Source of the DNA: Macrostomum lignano
Lineage: Eukaryota
Direction: 5' to 3'
DNA: 64,000 bases
NCBI GenBank assembly: GCA_002269645.1
Contig: NIVC01000137.1
Span: 186,001-250,000, forward strand
Numbering within the stretch: position 1 is the stretch's first letter; every line of letters begins with the position of its first letter. Below, piece after piece: positions 26,901 to 38,117 of this stretch. Made by a program: the position numbers and the translations under genes. The notes beneath the pieces are model-generated. The model saw only the letters and a program-made list of their open reading frames with translations. It searched no databases and was not told the origin of the DNA.

Positions 26901-29609
26901 ATGCCTGAGTCCCTTGTTCAGCCCATGACCTTTCTGACCAAATACCTGAGCGAGATTGAGAGAGATCCGCCGAAGCACTACTACAGCACGGACCAGCTGC
27001 TCACTGTTGACTTGGGCTTGAAGCTTGTCCATCCCATCGAAGCTGTCATCGTTCGAAGCATTTGCGAGGCCGTATCGACCAGGTCCGCTTTTCTGGTTGC
27101 TACGGGCATCGCCTCGTTGTTGAAACGGATTAAGCCTAGCGGTCACGTGACTGTTGGCATCGACGGGTCGCTGTTCAAGTTTCATCCGCACTTTCCCGAG
27201 CGAATGACACGCAAAGTGCAGGAATTGTGCCCCGATTACGAGGTGAATTTGAGAAGCTTTTTGCTGCCCTTTTATAGCTTGAGAAATGTATCAGCTGAAT
27301 CCTTATTTTTAGCATCTGAAACCCGATTCTCAGCATCTGAATCCCGATTCTCAGTACCTGAATCCCGATTCTCAGCATCTGAATCCCGATTCTCAGTACC
27401 TGAATCCCGATTCTCAGCATCTGAATCCCGATTCTCAGTACCTGAATCCCGATTGTCAGCATCTGAATCCCGATTCTCAGTACCTGAATCCCGATTGTCA
27501 GCATCTGAATCCCGATTCTCAGTACCTGAATCCCGATTGTCAGCATCTGAATCCCGATTGTCAGCATCTGAATCCTGATTCTCAGCACCTGAATCCCGGT
27601 TCTCAGTACCTGAATCCCGATTCTCAGTACCTGAATCCGGATTGTCAGCATCTGAATCCCGATTCTCAGTACCTGAATCCCGATTGTCAGCATCTGAATC
27701 CCGATTCTCAGTACCTGAATCCCGATTGTCAGCATCTGAATCCCGATTCTCAGTACCTGAATCCCGATTGTCAGCATCTGAATCCCGATTCTCAGTACCT
27801 GAATCCCGATTCTCAGCATCTGAATCCCGATTCTCAGTACCTGAATCCCGATTCTCAGCATCTGAATCCCGATTCTCAGTACCTGAATCCCGATTGTCAG
27901 CATCTGAATCCCGATTCTCAGTACCTGAATCCCGATTGTCAGCATCTGAATCCCGATTGTCAGCATCTGAATCCTGATTCTCAGCACCTGAATCCCGGTT
28001 CTCAGTACCTGAATCCCATTTCTCTCAGTACCTGAATACCGATTCTCAGTACCTGAATACCGATTCTCAGCATCTGAATCCCGATTCTCAGTACCCGAAT
28101 ACCGATTCTCAGTACCTGAATACCGATTCTTAGTATCTGAATCCCGATTCTCAGTACTTGAATCCCGATTCTCACTACCTGAATCCCGATTCTCAGTACC
28201 TGAATCCCGATTCTCAGTACCTGAATCCCGATTCTCAGTACCTGAATCCCGATTCTCAGTACCTGAATACCGATTCTCAGTACCTGAATCCCGATTCTCA
28301 GTACCTGAATACCGATTCTCAGTACCTGAATCCCGATTCTCATTACCTGAATCCCGATTCTCAGTACCTGAATCCCGATTCTCAGCATCTGAATCCCAAT
28401 TCTCAGCACCTGAATCCCGGTTCTCAGTACCTGAATCCCGATTCTCATTACCTGAATCCCGATTGTCAGCATCTGAATCCCGATTCTCAGTACCTGAATC
28501 CCGATTGTCAGCATCTGAATCCCGATTCTCAGTACCTGAATCCCGATTCTCAGTACCTGAATCCCGATTCTCAGCATCTGAATCCCGATTCTCAGTACCT
28601 GAATCCCAATTCTCAGTACTTGAATCCCGATTCTCAGTACCTGAATCCCGATTGTCAGCATCTGAATCCTGATTCTCAGCACCTGAATCCCGGTTCTCAG
28701 TACCTGAATACCGATTCTCAGTACCTGAATACCGATTCTTAGCATCTGAATCCCGATTCTCAGTACCTGAATACCGATTCTCAGTACCTGAATACCGATT
28801 CTTAGTATCTGAATCCCGATTATCAGCATTTGAATCCCAATTCTCAGTACCTGAATCCTGATTCTCAGTACCTGAATACCGATTCTTAGCATCTGAATCC
28901 CGATTCTCTCAGTACCTGAATACCGATTCTCAGTACCTGAATACCGATTCTCAGTACCTGAATACCGATTCTTAGCATCTGAATCCCGATTCTCAGTACC
29001 TGAATACCGATTCTCAGTACCTGAATACCGATTCTTAGTATCTGAATCCCGATTATCAGCATTTGAATCCCAATTCTCAGTACCTGAATCCTGATTCTCA
29101 GTATCTGAATCCCGATTATCAGCATCTGAATCCCAATTCTCATTACCTGAATCCCAATTCTCAGTACCTGAATCCCGATTCTCATTACCTGAATCCCGAT
29201 TCTCAGTACTTGAATCCCGATTCTCAGTACTTGAATCCCGATTCTCATTACCTGAATCCCGATTCTCATTACCTGAATACTGATTATCAGTTCTTGAATC
29301 CCGATTCTCAGTATCTGAATCCCGATTATCAGCATCTGAATCCCAATTCTCAGTACCTGAATCCCGATTCTCAGTATCTAAATCCCAATTCTCAGTACTT
29401 GAATTCCGATTCTCAGTATCTGAATCCCAATTCTCAGTACTTGAATTCCGATTCTCAGTATCTAAATCCCGATTATCAGTACTTGAATCCCGATTTCAGA
29501 CATTTAAATTCTGATTTTATAGCCCTCTTGAATTGAATTGCAGTTCACCCTGAAGCTGTCAGAGGACGGCAGCGGCAAAGGAGCGGCTGCTATTGCTGCT
29601 CTGGTCTGA
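20914..29609 (+). CDS. HK: Hexokinase (single domain, about 50 kDa)
   Basis: Six exons, all phase 0: 20914-20961, 22480-22761, 22937-23170, 24112-24438, 26805-27242, 29544-29609. Motifs [80 protein letters not shown]. Exon 1 is the least certain. Confidence 0.96.
21020..21425. repeat. 36-bp minisatellite in hexokinase intron 1
   Basis: ACAAGCTGTCTATGACACACCAGTTCCCTATATGAC, about 11 copies. Confidence 0.95.
21912..22415. repeat. 23-bp minisatellite GGATTCGGGATCTTGTCACTCGA in hexokinase intron 1
   Basis: Directly visible. Confidence 0.95.
23205..24052. repeat. 21-bp minisatellite AATCGGGATCAACAGGATCAG in hexokinase intron 3
   Basis: About 40 copies. Confidence 0.95.
24503..26725. repeat. 21-bp minisatellite GGGATGTGGGATTCTGCTGTA in hexokinase intron 4
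   Basis: About 105 copies, with a 903-bp higher-order period. Confidence 0.95.
27310..29515. repeat. 21-bp minisatellite TGAATCCCGATTCTCAGTACC in hexokinase intron 5
   Basis: About 100 copies. Confidence 0.95.
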
Positions 29610-30479
29610 GCGAAGCGACTCGCGGTCTGTTGCAGCGAATGCACACCTAACACTGTTAGAACCGTCGATCAAATAAGTCTGTTTGGTGTCTTGCTTTAAT
29701 TAGACAGTGGTTAACCAGATGAATAAATATTCTGCATACAAGGAACCTTTGGAAGAAGCAGCTCAGCATGTTTGCTAAAGTAAATGCACTATAGCCTTCT
29801 TTTTAATAGTTCTTCAATGCATAATCTTCAATAGATTTGTTTAAGAAGTAAATATAATCTCATCCGCGGTGTTTTGTGTTTAAAATTTTATTTAGTTACT
29901 ATTACGTATGTATCTGCTGTGGATCTGTCTGTCTCCCCTCTGCTGGCCTTACTAATCAACCAATTATATATCAGTTTTCTGTGTTTTTCGGTAATTAATT
30001 TTGTATCATTAACTTCTCAGCTGGGGTAGTTTAGCCTGCGGGTGCTTACACAGGTTTTGCACTCTTCACTCTATTTTGAATGCTATTTGAAGTTTTGAAT
30101 ACTTTTTTTTGAAGTTTTTTTACAATTCCCTTATTAGATAAAAAAAGTCCATTGTTTTTAGTAGCCTACGTGTCAGTGATGCAGCGTTATTTTTTAAACA
30201 AATATAATTTGGTTGTTTGTTAATTTCTTGTTATTACTAAATTTTTTTCTAATCGTGCCTCATTTTGCGTTTGCTAAGTTGCAGAAAGTTTTTTTATTAT
30301 TGAGTAAAGTTTTTGTTTATTTATTGGCTACTTTATCTGGGTTGTGATCATTTGTTAGATTTTTATATTCACTAATTTGCGTACGTCTTGTCCCTTTGCT
30401 ATTGATTCCAAGATTGAAACGATTACTACTACAGTCACTAAAAAGTAAGAAATTATTCATTTTTTTAAACTTACCCCGC

Positions 30480-30815
30480 CCCCACAGCCAGCTGGTTCTG
30501 ACCCCACCCCACTGCCAGCCAATTCTAACCCCACACCACAACCAATCAAATCCAAGCCCCACCCCACAGCCAGCCAATTCTAACCCCCACCCCACAGCTA
30601 GCCAATTCTAACCCCCACCCCACAGCTAGCCAATTCTAACCCCCACCCCACAGCCAGCCAATTCTAACCCCCACTCCACAGCCAGCCAATTCTAACCCCC
30701 ACCCTACAGCCAGCCAATCCTAACCCCCACCCCACAGCCAGCCAATCCTAACCCCCACCCCACAGCCAGCCAATCCTAACCCCCACCCCACAGCCAGCCA
30801 ATTCTAACCCCACCA
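30480..30815. repeat. 28-bp C-rich minisatellite AATTCTAACCCCCACCCCACAGCCAGCC
   Basis: Directly visible, between the convergent hexokinase and caspase-like genes. Confidence 0.9.
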
Positions 30816-31480
30816 GCCATCCATTTAGTCCACGGCTTTAAATCTAAGAAATGACACGGTTTAAACAGCAATTACAAAAAATTCCAGCTGTATTCTCACA
30901 TCAAAACGCCGCCATGTACTGCTGCTTCAGTTCTGCGATTTTATTTACCAAACCTCTTCGCTGTAATCCAGGTTTATTTTGGTCCAAAGACAAGTCAAAG
31001 TGCTAAAAACTAAACATGGATTGCTAATTTTTTATGCCAGTCAATTTATTAGCGGCGCGTGTTTTCATTTTCTGCGCTGTTTAGCCAGTAAATAAAAAAG
31101 TATTTTAGTAGCTATTCTTTGCCGTATTTTTGTCTCTTGGCAGTAAGCCTCATTGCTATCTGGTGTCAGAATTTCTGGTTTGTTTTGAAATGCTTGAATT
31201 GAAAGCCACCCCAAATCCCCTTCCCTCGCATCTGTTTCTTTAGCTCTGTTCCAGAAAATTCCGCGCTTATAATCTTGTCTGTTTTATACAGCAATGATAC
31301 TGACTAAATCTTTTGAAGAGTTGAATAAACAAAAAAGAACAGTTGATTATATATTGATTTTAAAATTGCTTTCTAGCAAAATAGTTTGCAGTGATTTTTA
31401 TGTTTTTTTATTATACAATAAAAATAATCAATTTCTACTCTACGAATTTAGTCCTTGATTAAGTGCGAATTTTTGCGGCA

Positions 31481-32977
31481 TCAATCAACAAAGATCAAGT
31501 CTCTACTAAGAGACGAAAACACGCGCGCACGCGTAGTGCAGATTTGTTCGTCTTCCTGTTGCTGCACGTCTTCAGCGGCATGCGACAGGCAAGCCGGGAG
31601 ATCAATCCGATGCGGATCCGCCGTGATTCGATTCGCCAGAGCCTTCAAAAGCTTCAAACAACCGCAGCAATCGTCACCAGATTCCGCAGTCTCTAGGGAG
31701 TAGCCGTAATGGATAAATAAATCTTTGTTCAGGCGAACTGCACTACTCAAATGATCCATTGGCAGCAGAGCATTCGGGTTTTCAGTTTCGTCGTGTTGCA
31801 AAATTAGCAAAATTTTCGGCTTCCCGTTGAGGCTGCAGCAGTCGATGAGCGGCTGGAGCAGGGCGGCGGGATTGGCAGAAATCTGGGCGATGGCAGGGGC
31901 GGACCTGTGCAGTAGCAGCATCACGGCTAGACAGTCTGTCTGGCTGTGTTCCACACTGGCTACTATAAGTAGGAAAATAGGATTGGTAAAATAATGAATC
32001 ACGAAATTCTAATCTAGATGATGCGAAAGGTGTGCTAATCGAGATGATAAAGGAGTGCCAATTTAATCTAGACGATAAAGGTGTGCTAATCTATATGTAC
32101 GAGTAGATGATAAAGGTGTGCTAATCTAGATGATAAAAACGATTAGCCAAACTTTGTAGGTATATATATCACAGATCTTATATATATATAGATATTCTGT
32201 ATATCTATACACATAAAAATCATACAATATATAATCTATATAGCTCTGTATATATAATCCATTAGGCAAAAATTTAGTATTGTGGACTAGCACAATGCCC
32301 CCCACAGAGTTCTCACCTGCCCGAAGCTCGCTCAGGATGTCATCCAACTTATCGAGATTAAAAAACGAGTGCGTGATAAAGCCGAGACCTCGAAGCAGGT
32401 CACGAGCGGCGCGTTGTGCAGCCGAACTGCTTGTCGATTCAAATTGTTGGTGAAAGAAGCAAAATACCAGAGCATAACGGCGCCGTCTGCTTCTGCTGAT
32501 GGTGGCCTCATGAGCACTCGGTGCGAATGGCGGTGTGCATGTCTTCTGTGAACTAAAAAACGTTTTGTTTTATTGAAATGCAATTTAGGAAACACGCATA
32601 ATTGAAAGTATGCAGCATACTGTCGACTGTACATGTACAAGTATGTAAGATACATGTACCTGATAATGGCTTCTGTCTGTTCAATTTATAAATAGCAACT
32701 GCCCTGTAGTATTCGGTGCCATTTTCGCACAAGAATAATAATTAATTTTTCAATTTTTCGATAATAATATCAATGATATTAATACCTTGAAAATCTTCTT
32801 TGTTTCTAAGTATACAATACATGCGATTAACGCTCACCAACTCAGGCCTAAATTAGCACCATTAGTAACGGTCGAAAACACCTGCTGAGATCCAGCAGTG
32901 TCGCAGTCGCCAACATCGAAGCCACCTCGTTTCTGTCGCCCTGACGACCAGCAGGTACAGGCAAGCAGCCTCTTCAT
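31481..32977 (-). CDS. Caspase-fold protein with a degenerate active site (pseudo-caspase), about 285 aa
   Basis: Phase-compatible exons 32977-32838, 32552-32317, 31962-31481. Caspase landmarks in order: RRYALVF, RDLLRGLGFITHSFFNL, HSQTDCLAVMLLLH, SLNGKPKILLILQ, DLFIHYGYS, LLKAL, SSLSRDLIF*. Confidence 0.82.
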
Positions 32978-33554
32978 CTTGGCTATCGGTAAGGCAATTC
33001 TGTTGAATAAACGATAACTGCAGGGAAAACTTTCGCTTTAAGAAACGATATTATACGATTTTATATCGGCACTTATTTGTTACATATCCATGTATATATA
33101 GAGCGGCGCCACACACGCACACACACAGAAAGACCTACATGAAATCCATGATGATTTTATCTTAATCTACGTAAACAGCTGTTAGAAAAACTGGCTTCCT
33201 GTGTTGTTGAGAGAAATTAAAAGTTTTTGCCAATCGAATAAGCTACTTCAAGTATAAACAAATTATTTTTAGGGTTTGCATTTGTCATCGCTATGAAATT
33301 AGAAACGAACAAAATGCACTGCCAGTGCAAGCTTTTCTCTGTGGCGAGAAATCACACGTAGAAGCGATGGATCTACCAGCACTTATTTATTTTATTTACA
33401 AGCAATTTGCACAGATATTGTAACCCAGGTGCGAAATGCATTAGTTGTAGCGCAGAACAAAATAATGAAACATTATATCCAATAAAAGCTCTATATCAAT
33501 GACTGCCTGATTGCCTAAGAAAGCGCATCCTCGCTTAAAGCACGCCAATCTAAA

Positions 33555-34088
33555 ACCAGAATACACTCAATCTAAAAGCAGAAGACACCCTAATCTAAAA
33601 CCAGAAGACACTCAGGCTAAAAAAGCATAAGACACCCCAATCTAAAAGCAGAAGACACCCCAGGCTAAAAGCAGAAGAAAATCCAAGCTAAAAGCAGCAG
33701 ACATTCAATCTAAAAGCAGAAGACACCCCAGGTTAAAAGCAGAAGACACTCCAATCTAGGAGCAGAAGACATTTCAATCTAAAAGCAGAAGAAACCCGAA
33801 TCTAAAGCAGAAGACACTCCAATCTAAAAGCAGAAGACACCCCAATCTAAAAGCAGAAGACATTCAAATCTAAAAGCAGAAGAAACCCCAAACTAAAAGC
33901 AGAAGACACTCCAATCTAAAAGCAGAAGACACCCCAATCTAAAAGCAGAAGACACTCCAATCTAAAAGCAGAAGACACCCCAATCTAAAAGCAGAAGACA
34001 CTCCAATCTAAAAGCAGAAGACACTCCAATCTAAAAGCAGAAGACACCCCAAACTAAGAGCAGAAGACACTCCATCCAAAAGCAGAGA
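33555..34088. repeat. 23-bp minisatellite AATCTAAAAGCAGAAGACACCCC
   Basis: Directly visible. Confidence 0.95.
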
Positions 34089-34102
34089 AACACCGGTTCA
34101 CA

Positions 34103-35899
34103 TCAAGCCACCAGGACAAGAAACAATTTCACACCTCTGTTCAACACCGGCCGACAGTTCACCAACATATGCGGCCTATCAGTTAGCGCGGCGGCATTCA
34201 TCACCATGGCAACCTGTTCCACACCAGTAGGATAGAACTGCATAACAGTTAAACCGCCGGGTCTGACAATTCCTGTAGCATTGCTTAGCAAAACAAAGGC
34301 CATTGGTTGCCCCCCGCTTAGCAGGCACTGCATCGCGGACACTGAGACTGCCGAGTCAGCCATCCCACGCCTGACAGGCCATTGCTGTTTAGTCAGATCG
34401 CAGCGGACCTGATAATAGCAATTGCCAGCTAACAGGGTCTTTGTTGGTCTTTGTTGTTGGTTAAAATCGGCAGGCAAGCAGAGATCCAGGCCCAGCACTG
34501 GTAGTTCGGGCGGCAGCCGAGCCACCGGGCCGCAGCCAATGTCGGCCACAAGGTGGTCGGACGGAACTGTCCGAGGCACCCCGGCAAGTGCCAAGGCCGT
34601 GGTGTACAGCGGCTGTTGAATCCGCTCGACTCTGGTTGATAAGCTGCCGTCGCTTGCAATGGCACAGGCTTGGAGAGGATCTGGAGGTAAAATCAATTCA
34701 TTATCGAAAAATAGATAATTCGCGACTGGCAATGATTGGCGTTGGCAGGGGCGGAGCGGTCAATTGAGTCGCCTAGGCGTGCGGAAGGTCCCGGGTTCGA
34801 GTCCCGAATAAGTGATTTTCTGGCGATTCTTGGGGTGGTTTGTGGGGCGATTCTTGGTGGTTTGTGGGGCGATTCTTGGGGTGGTATGTGGGGCGATACT
34901 TGGAGTGGTTTGTGGGGCGATTCTTGGAGTGGTTTGTGGGGCGATTCTTGGTGGTTTGTGGGGCGATTCTTGGTGGTTTGTGGGGCGATTCTTGGAGTGG
35001 TTTGTGGGGCGATTCTTGGGGTGGTATGTGGGGCGATTCCTGGGGTAGTATGTGGGGCGATTCTTGGAGTGGTTTGTGGGGCGATTCTTGGAGTGGTTTG
35101 TGGGGCGATTCTTGGGGTGGTATGTGGGGCGATACTTGGGGTGGTATGTGGGGCGATTCTTGGAGTGGTTTGTGGTTCGATTCTTGGGATGGTTTGTGGG
35201 GCGATTTTTGGAAGGGAACTGGTTTGTGGGCGATTCTTGGAGTGGTTTGTGGGGGCGATTCTTGGAGTGGTTTGTGGTGCGATTCTTAGGGTGATTTGTG
35301 GGGCGATTTTTGGAAGGGAACTAGTTTGTGGGCGATTCTTGGAGTGGTTTGTGGGGCGATTCTTGGAGTGGTTTTTGGGGCGATTCTTGGAGTGGTTTTT
35401 GGGGCGATTCTTGGAGTGGTTTTTGGGGCGATTCTTGGAGTGGTTTTTGGGGCGATTCTTGGAGTGGTTTGTGGGGCGATTCTTGGAGTGGTTTTTGGGG
35501 CGATTCTTGGAGTGGTTTGTGGGGCGATTCTTGGAGTGGTTTGTGGGGCGATTCTTGGAGTGGTTTGTGGGGCGATTCTTGGAGTGGTTTGTGGGGCGAT
35601 TCTTGAGGTTTAGACTAGGAGGAACTCTAAACTGTCTCAGAATTTACACAGCAATAGTGAAGCTGCATGAAAAACACCAACACAAGTTCTCGATCGTCAG
35701 CCACACCTGGAACTCGGTTCTCCGGTCGGCGCGGACTTCTAACCCGCCGCAGCCCGCGCACAACCTGGCGCCAACAGGGCGCCAGACAGACCGGCGCCAT
35801 CAGAGACAAATGGTTGCGCAGTCGTGTCAGAGCAGACATCAATTGCGGATGAGGGCCCGAAGGCATTGCCGCCAATGCCTCAACCTTCTTGACAACCAT
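34103..35899 (-). CDS. Class I SAM methyltransferase, BUD23/WBSCR22-like catalytic domain
   Basis: Main exon 34680-34103: RVERIQ..ALAL, VADIGCG, GLDL, WPVRRGMADSAVSVSAMQCL, VMQFYP..Q, matching the BUD23 motif order. Acceptor TTTTACCTCCAG at 34681-34682. Candidate exon 1 at 35899-35707 is phase-compatible but has no recognisable homology (low confidence). Confidence 0.7.
34743..34806 (+). mobile_element. tRNA-like Pol III head (SINE or tRNA pseudogene)
   Basis: A-box-like GGCGGAGCGG; T-arm CGGG-TTCGAGT-CCCG with B box; no convincing acceptor stem. Confidence 0.5.
34815..35610. repeat. 24-bp minisatellite GTGGGGCGATTCTTGGAGTGGTTT
   Basis: Directly visible, in the candidate methyltransferase intron. 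Confidence 0.95.
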
Positions 35900-37439
35900 T
35901 GGCGACTGGTTGATTTATTGGCGTATCTCTGCACCATCGATCAGCAAACGAGGTCTGAATGAGAAAAAAAGAAACATAAGAATATGTTTCTAGTATACTA
36001 CTTACTCCAGTATACTACTTACTAAGTAGATCTTTATGCTGTTCTTGGCCAGTTTACACCTATGGCCCGATCACTTTGGTTCATATTGTTACCGAGATTT
36101 TGTCTTTATGGTCAAAACCGACATACTCGTATGAACACGCAGCAACGAAATATGCGTTTAATAATTTACAACCTGGCACGTGTAAACTGGTAGGAAAGGA
36201 AAGAAAAGGAAAGATTAAAGGAAAGATTGGCTAAACAGGCTATTAAACTTCAAAGCTTTAATATAGCATTTTTCAAGCCAATTGAGCCTAAGGAGCAAGC
36301 AATTTAATCCTTAGTGGGAAAATCAAGCTGTTGAAGACTTGCTTTTCATTGTCTATGGCAAGCCTTGACAGTATACGAGCACTGTGAAAGGGATTAATAG
36401 CGCGCCCAGATTCTTGAATTGGTTGCTCGATAGACCCCCCTTTTGGGCCATAGACAATGAAAAAAGTCTTCAATAGCTTGATTCTCCAATAAGGATTAAA
36501 TTGCTTAGTGTCTCAAATTCAATGCTCTGCATGTGCCTGTGCCACAGACTATTGGCAGTGTTTTGACCATAGACGAAAGCAGAAACATTAGTTGAATATG
36601 ATTGGCAGTGACTTAAAATGAATTCTCCGATTCTGAAAATTACCCTATAATAAGATATATACATAGGAGAGTCCACGGGTGAACAGACTTTAATCTAAGG
36701 CCCAATTCACAATTTCAGCAATTCAAATAAGTAAGCAAAATTATTTTTTTTCAACTCAAAACAGAGTGCACCGACTCAATCAATTTTATTAATTTGTTGA
36801 AAAAGAAATTAACAAAAAAAATCATCCATTCAGTAATGTAAATAATTAAATATTAAATAGCATTAATTTTTTAGCATGGAACCATCTTTTATTGGCTGGC
36901 ACCAGATCAAAACAAGTGCACTGAGGAATGTCTTGACAAAGCATTGAAACAGATGCAAGAATAAAAGAAATAAATGAAGAACCTATGAAATCTATAAAAG
37001 CATAATTGAAAATTCATTAAATGTGCATTTTTATCTGGTGAAGAAAATAAAGTACAAGAAAGAACTCCTAACACCTGTAAACCGAATTGGATAAAATAGA
37101 TAATAAAATAACTGACAAAACTTGCTAAACATTCTACTGACGCAATTAAGTGGTTATTAAGTAGTAAATGAGTAAAATTCCTATTTTAACACAAAGCAAA
37201 ACGCTTTATAATTTATAATTTATTAATTATCTTTATTTTAATGGCACTAATGATCTGGCAAGAGAGCTAAATTAGAGAATTCAGAGACCGATGTCGATTG
37301 CAGTTGGTGAAGGTCAGAAATTATGTTGCTAAATAAAACTAACATTTAAGGAATTTATATCAAACTGATAAATTGGGTTAACGTACTTTTATAGCTCTGA
37401 GTAGCTGTGACTTCTATACGTGATGCAAAATTCTCAGGG

Positions 37440-37995
37440 AAAGAGATGGTGACAGGAAGAGAGAAAGGGGGACAAGAGAGAATTGGAGAGGGAGAGGAGG
37501 AAAGGAGAGGAGAGGGGAGAGGAGAGGGGAGGGGAGGGAAAGGAGAGGAGATGAAAGAGAAAGGAGAGAAAGGGGGAGAGAGGAGACAAGAAGGCAGATG
37601 GCAGAGGGGAGATGAGAGGGAAGAGAGGGGAGAGGGGAGAGGGGAGAGGGAGAGAGGGGAGAGAGGGAGAGAGGGGAGAGGGGAGAGGGGAGAGGGAGAG
37701 GAGAGGGAGAGAGGGGAGAGGGGAGAGGGGAGAGGGAGAGAGGGGAGAGAGGGAGAGAGGGGAGAGGGGAGAGGGGAGAGGAGAGGGAGAGAGGGGAGAG
37801 GGGAGAGGAGAGGGGAGAGGGGAGAGGAAAGGGGAGAGGAGAGGGGAGAGTAGAGGGGAGAGAATAGAGAGAGAGGAGAGAGAAGATAGGGAGATGATGG
37901 GAGAGAGGAGAAGAGAGAGAGAGGGAAGAAAGGAGAAGAGAGGGAGAGGGGAGAGGACAGAAGGGAGGGAAGAGAGGAGAGGATTAGGGGGTAAG
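37440..37995. repeat. Polypurine (GA/GGGGAGA) low-complexity tract
   Basis: About 550 nt of almost only A and G on the + strand. Confidence 0.95.
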
Positions 37996-38117
37996 TAGAT
38001 TGAAGAAACTAATTCGAAAAAAGCAGCAAAAATGAATACACAAATTACAAAAAACAAATACCCATCAGAGCAAGCAGCCAAGCTAAACCAAATCCCTTAG
38101 TCACACGATGACAGATG

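Noticed and set aside
34743-34806. Functional tRNA gene
   Set aside because: Only the T-arm and boxes are present, with no 7-bp acceptor stem or regular anticodon arm. The same holds for B-box hits near 42665-42680 and 50797-50810.
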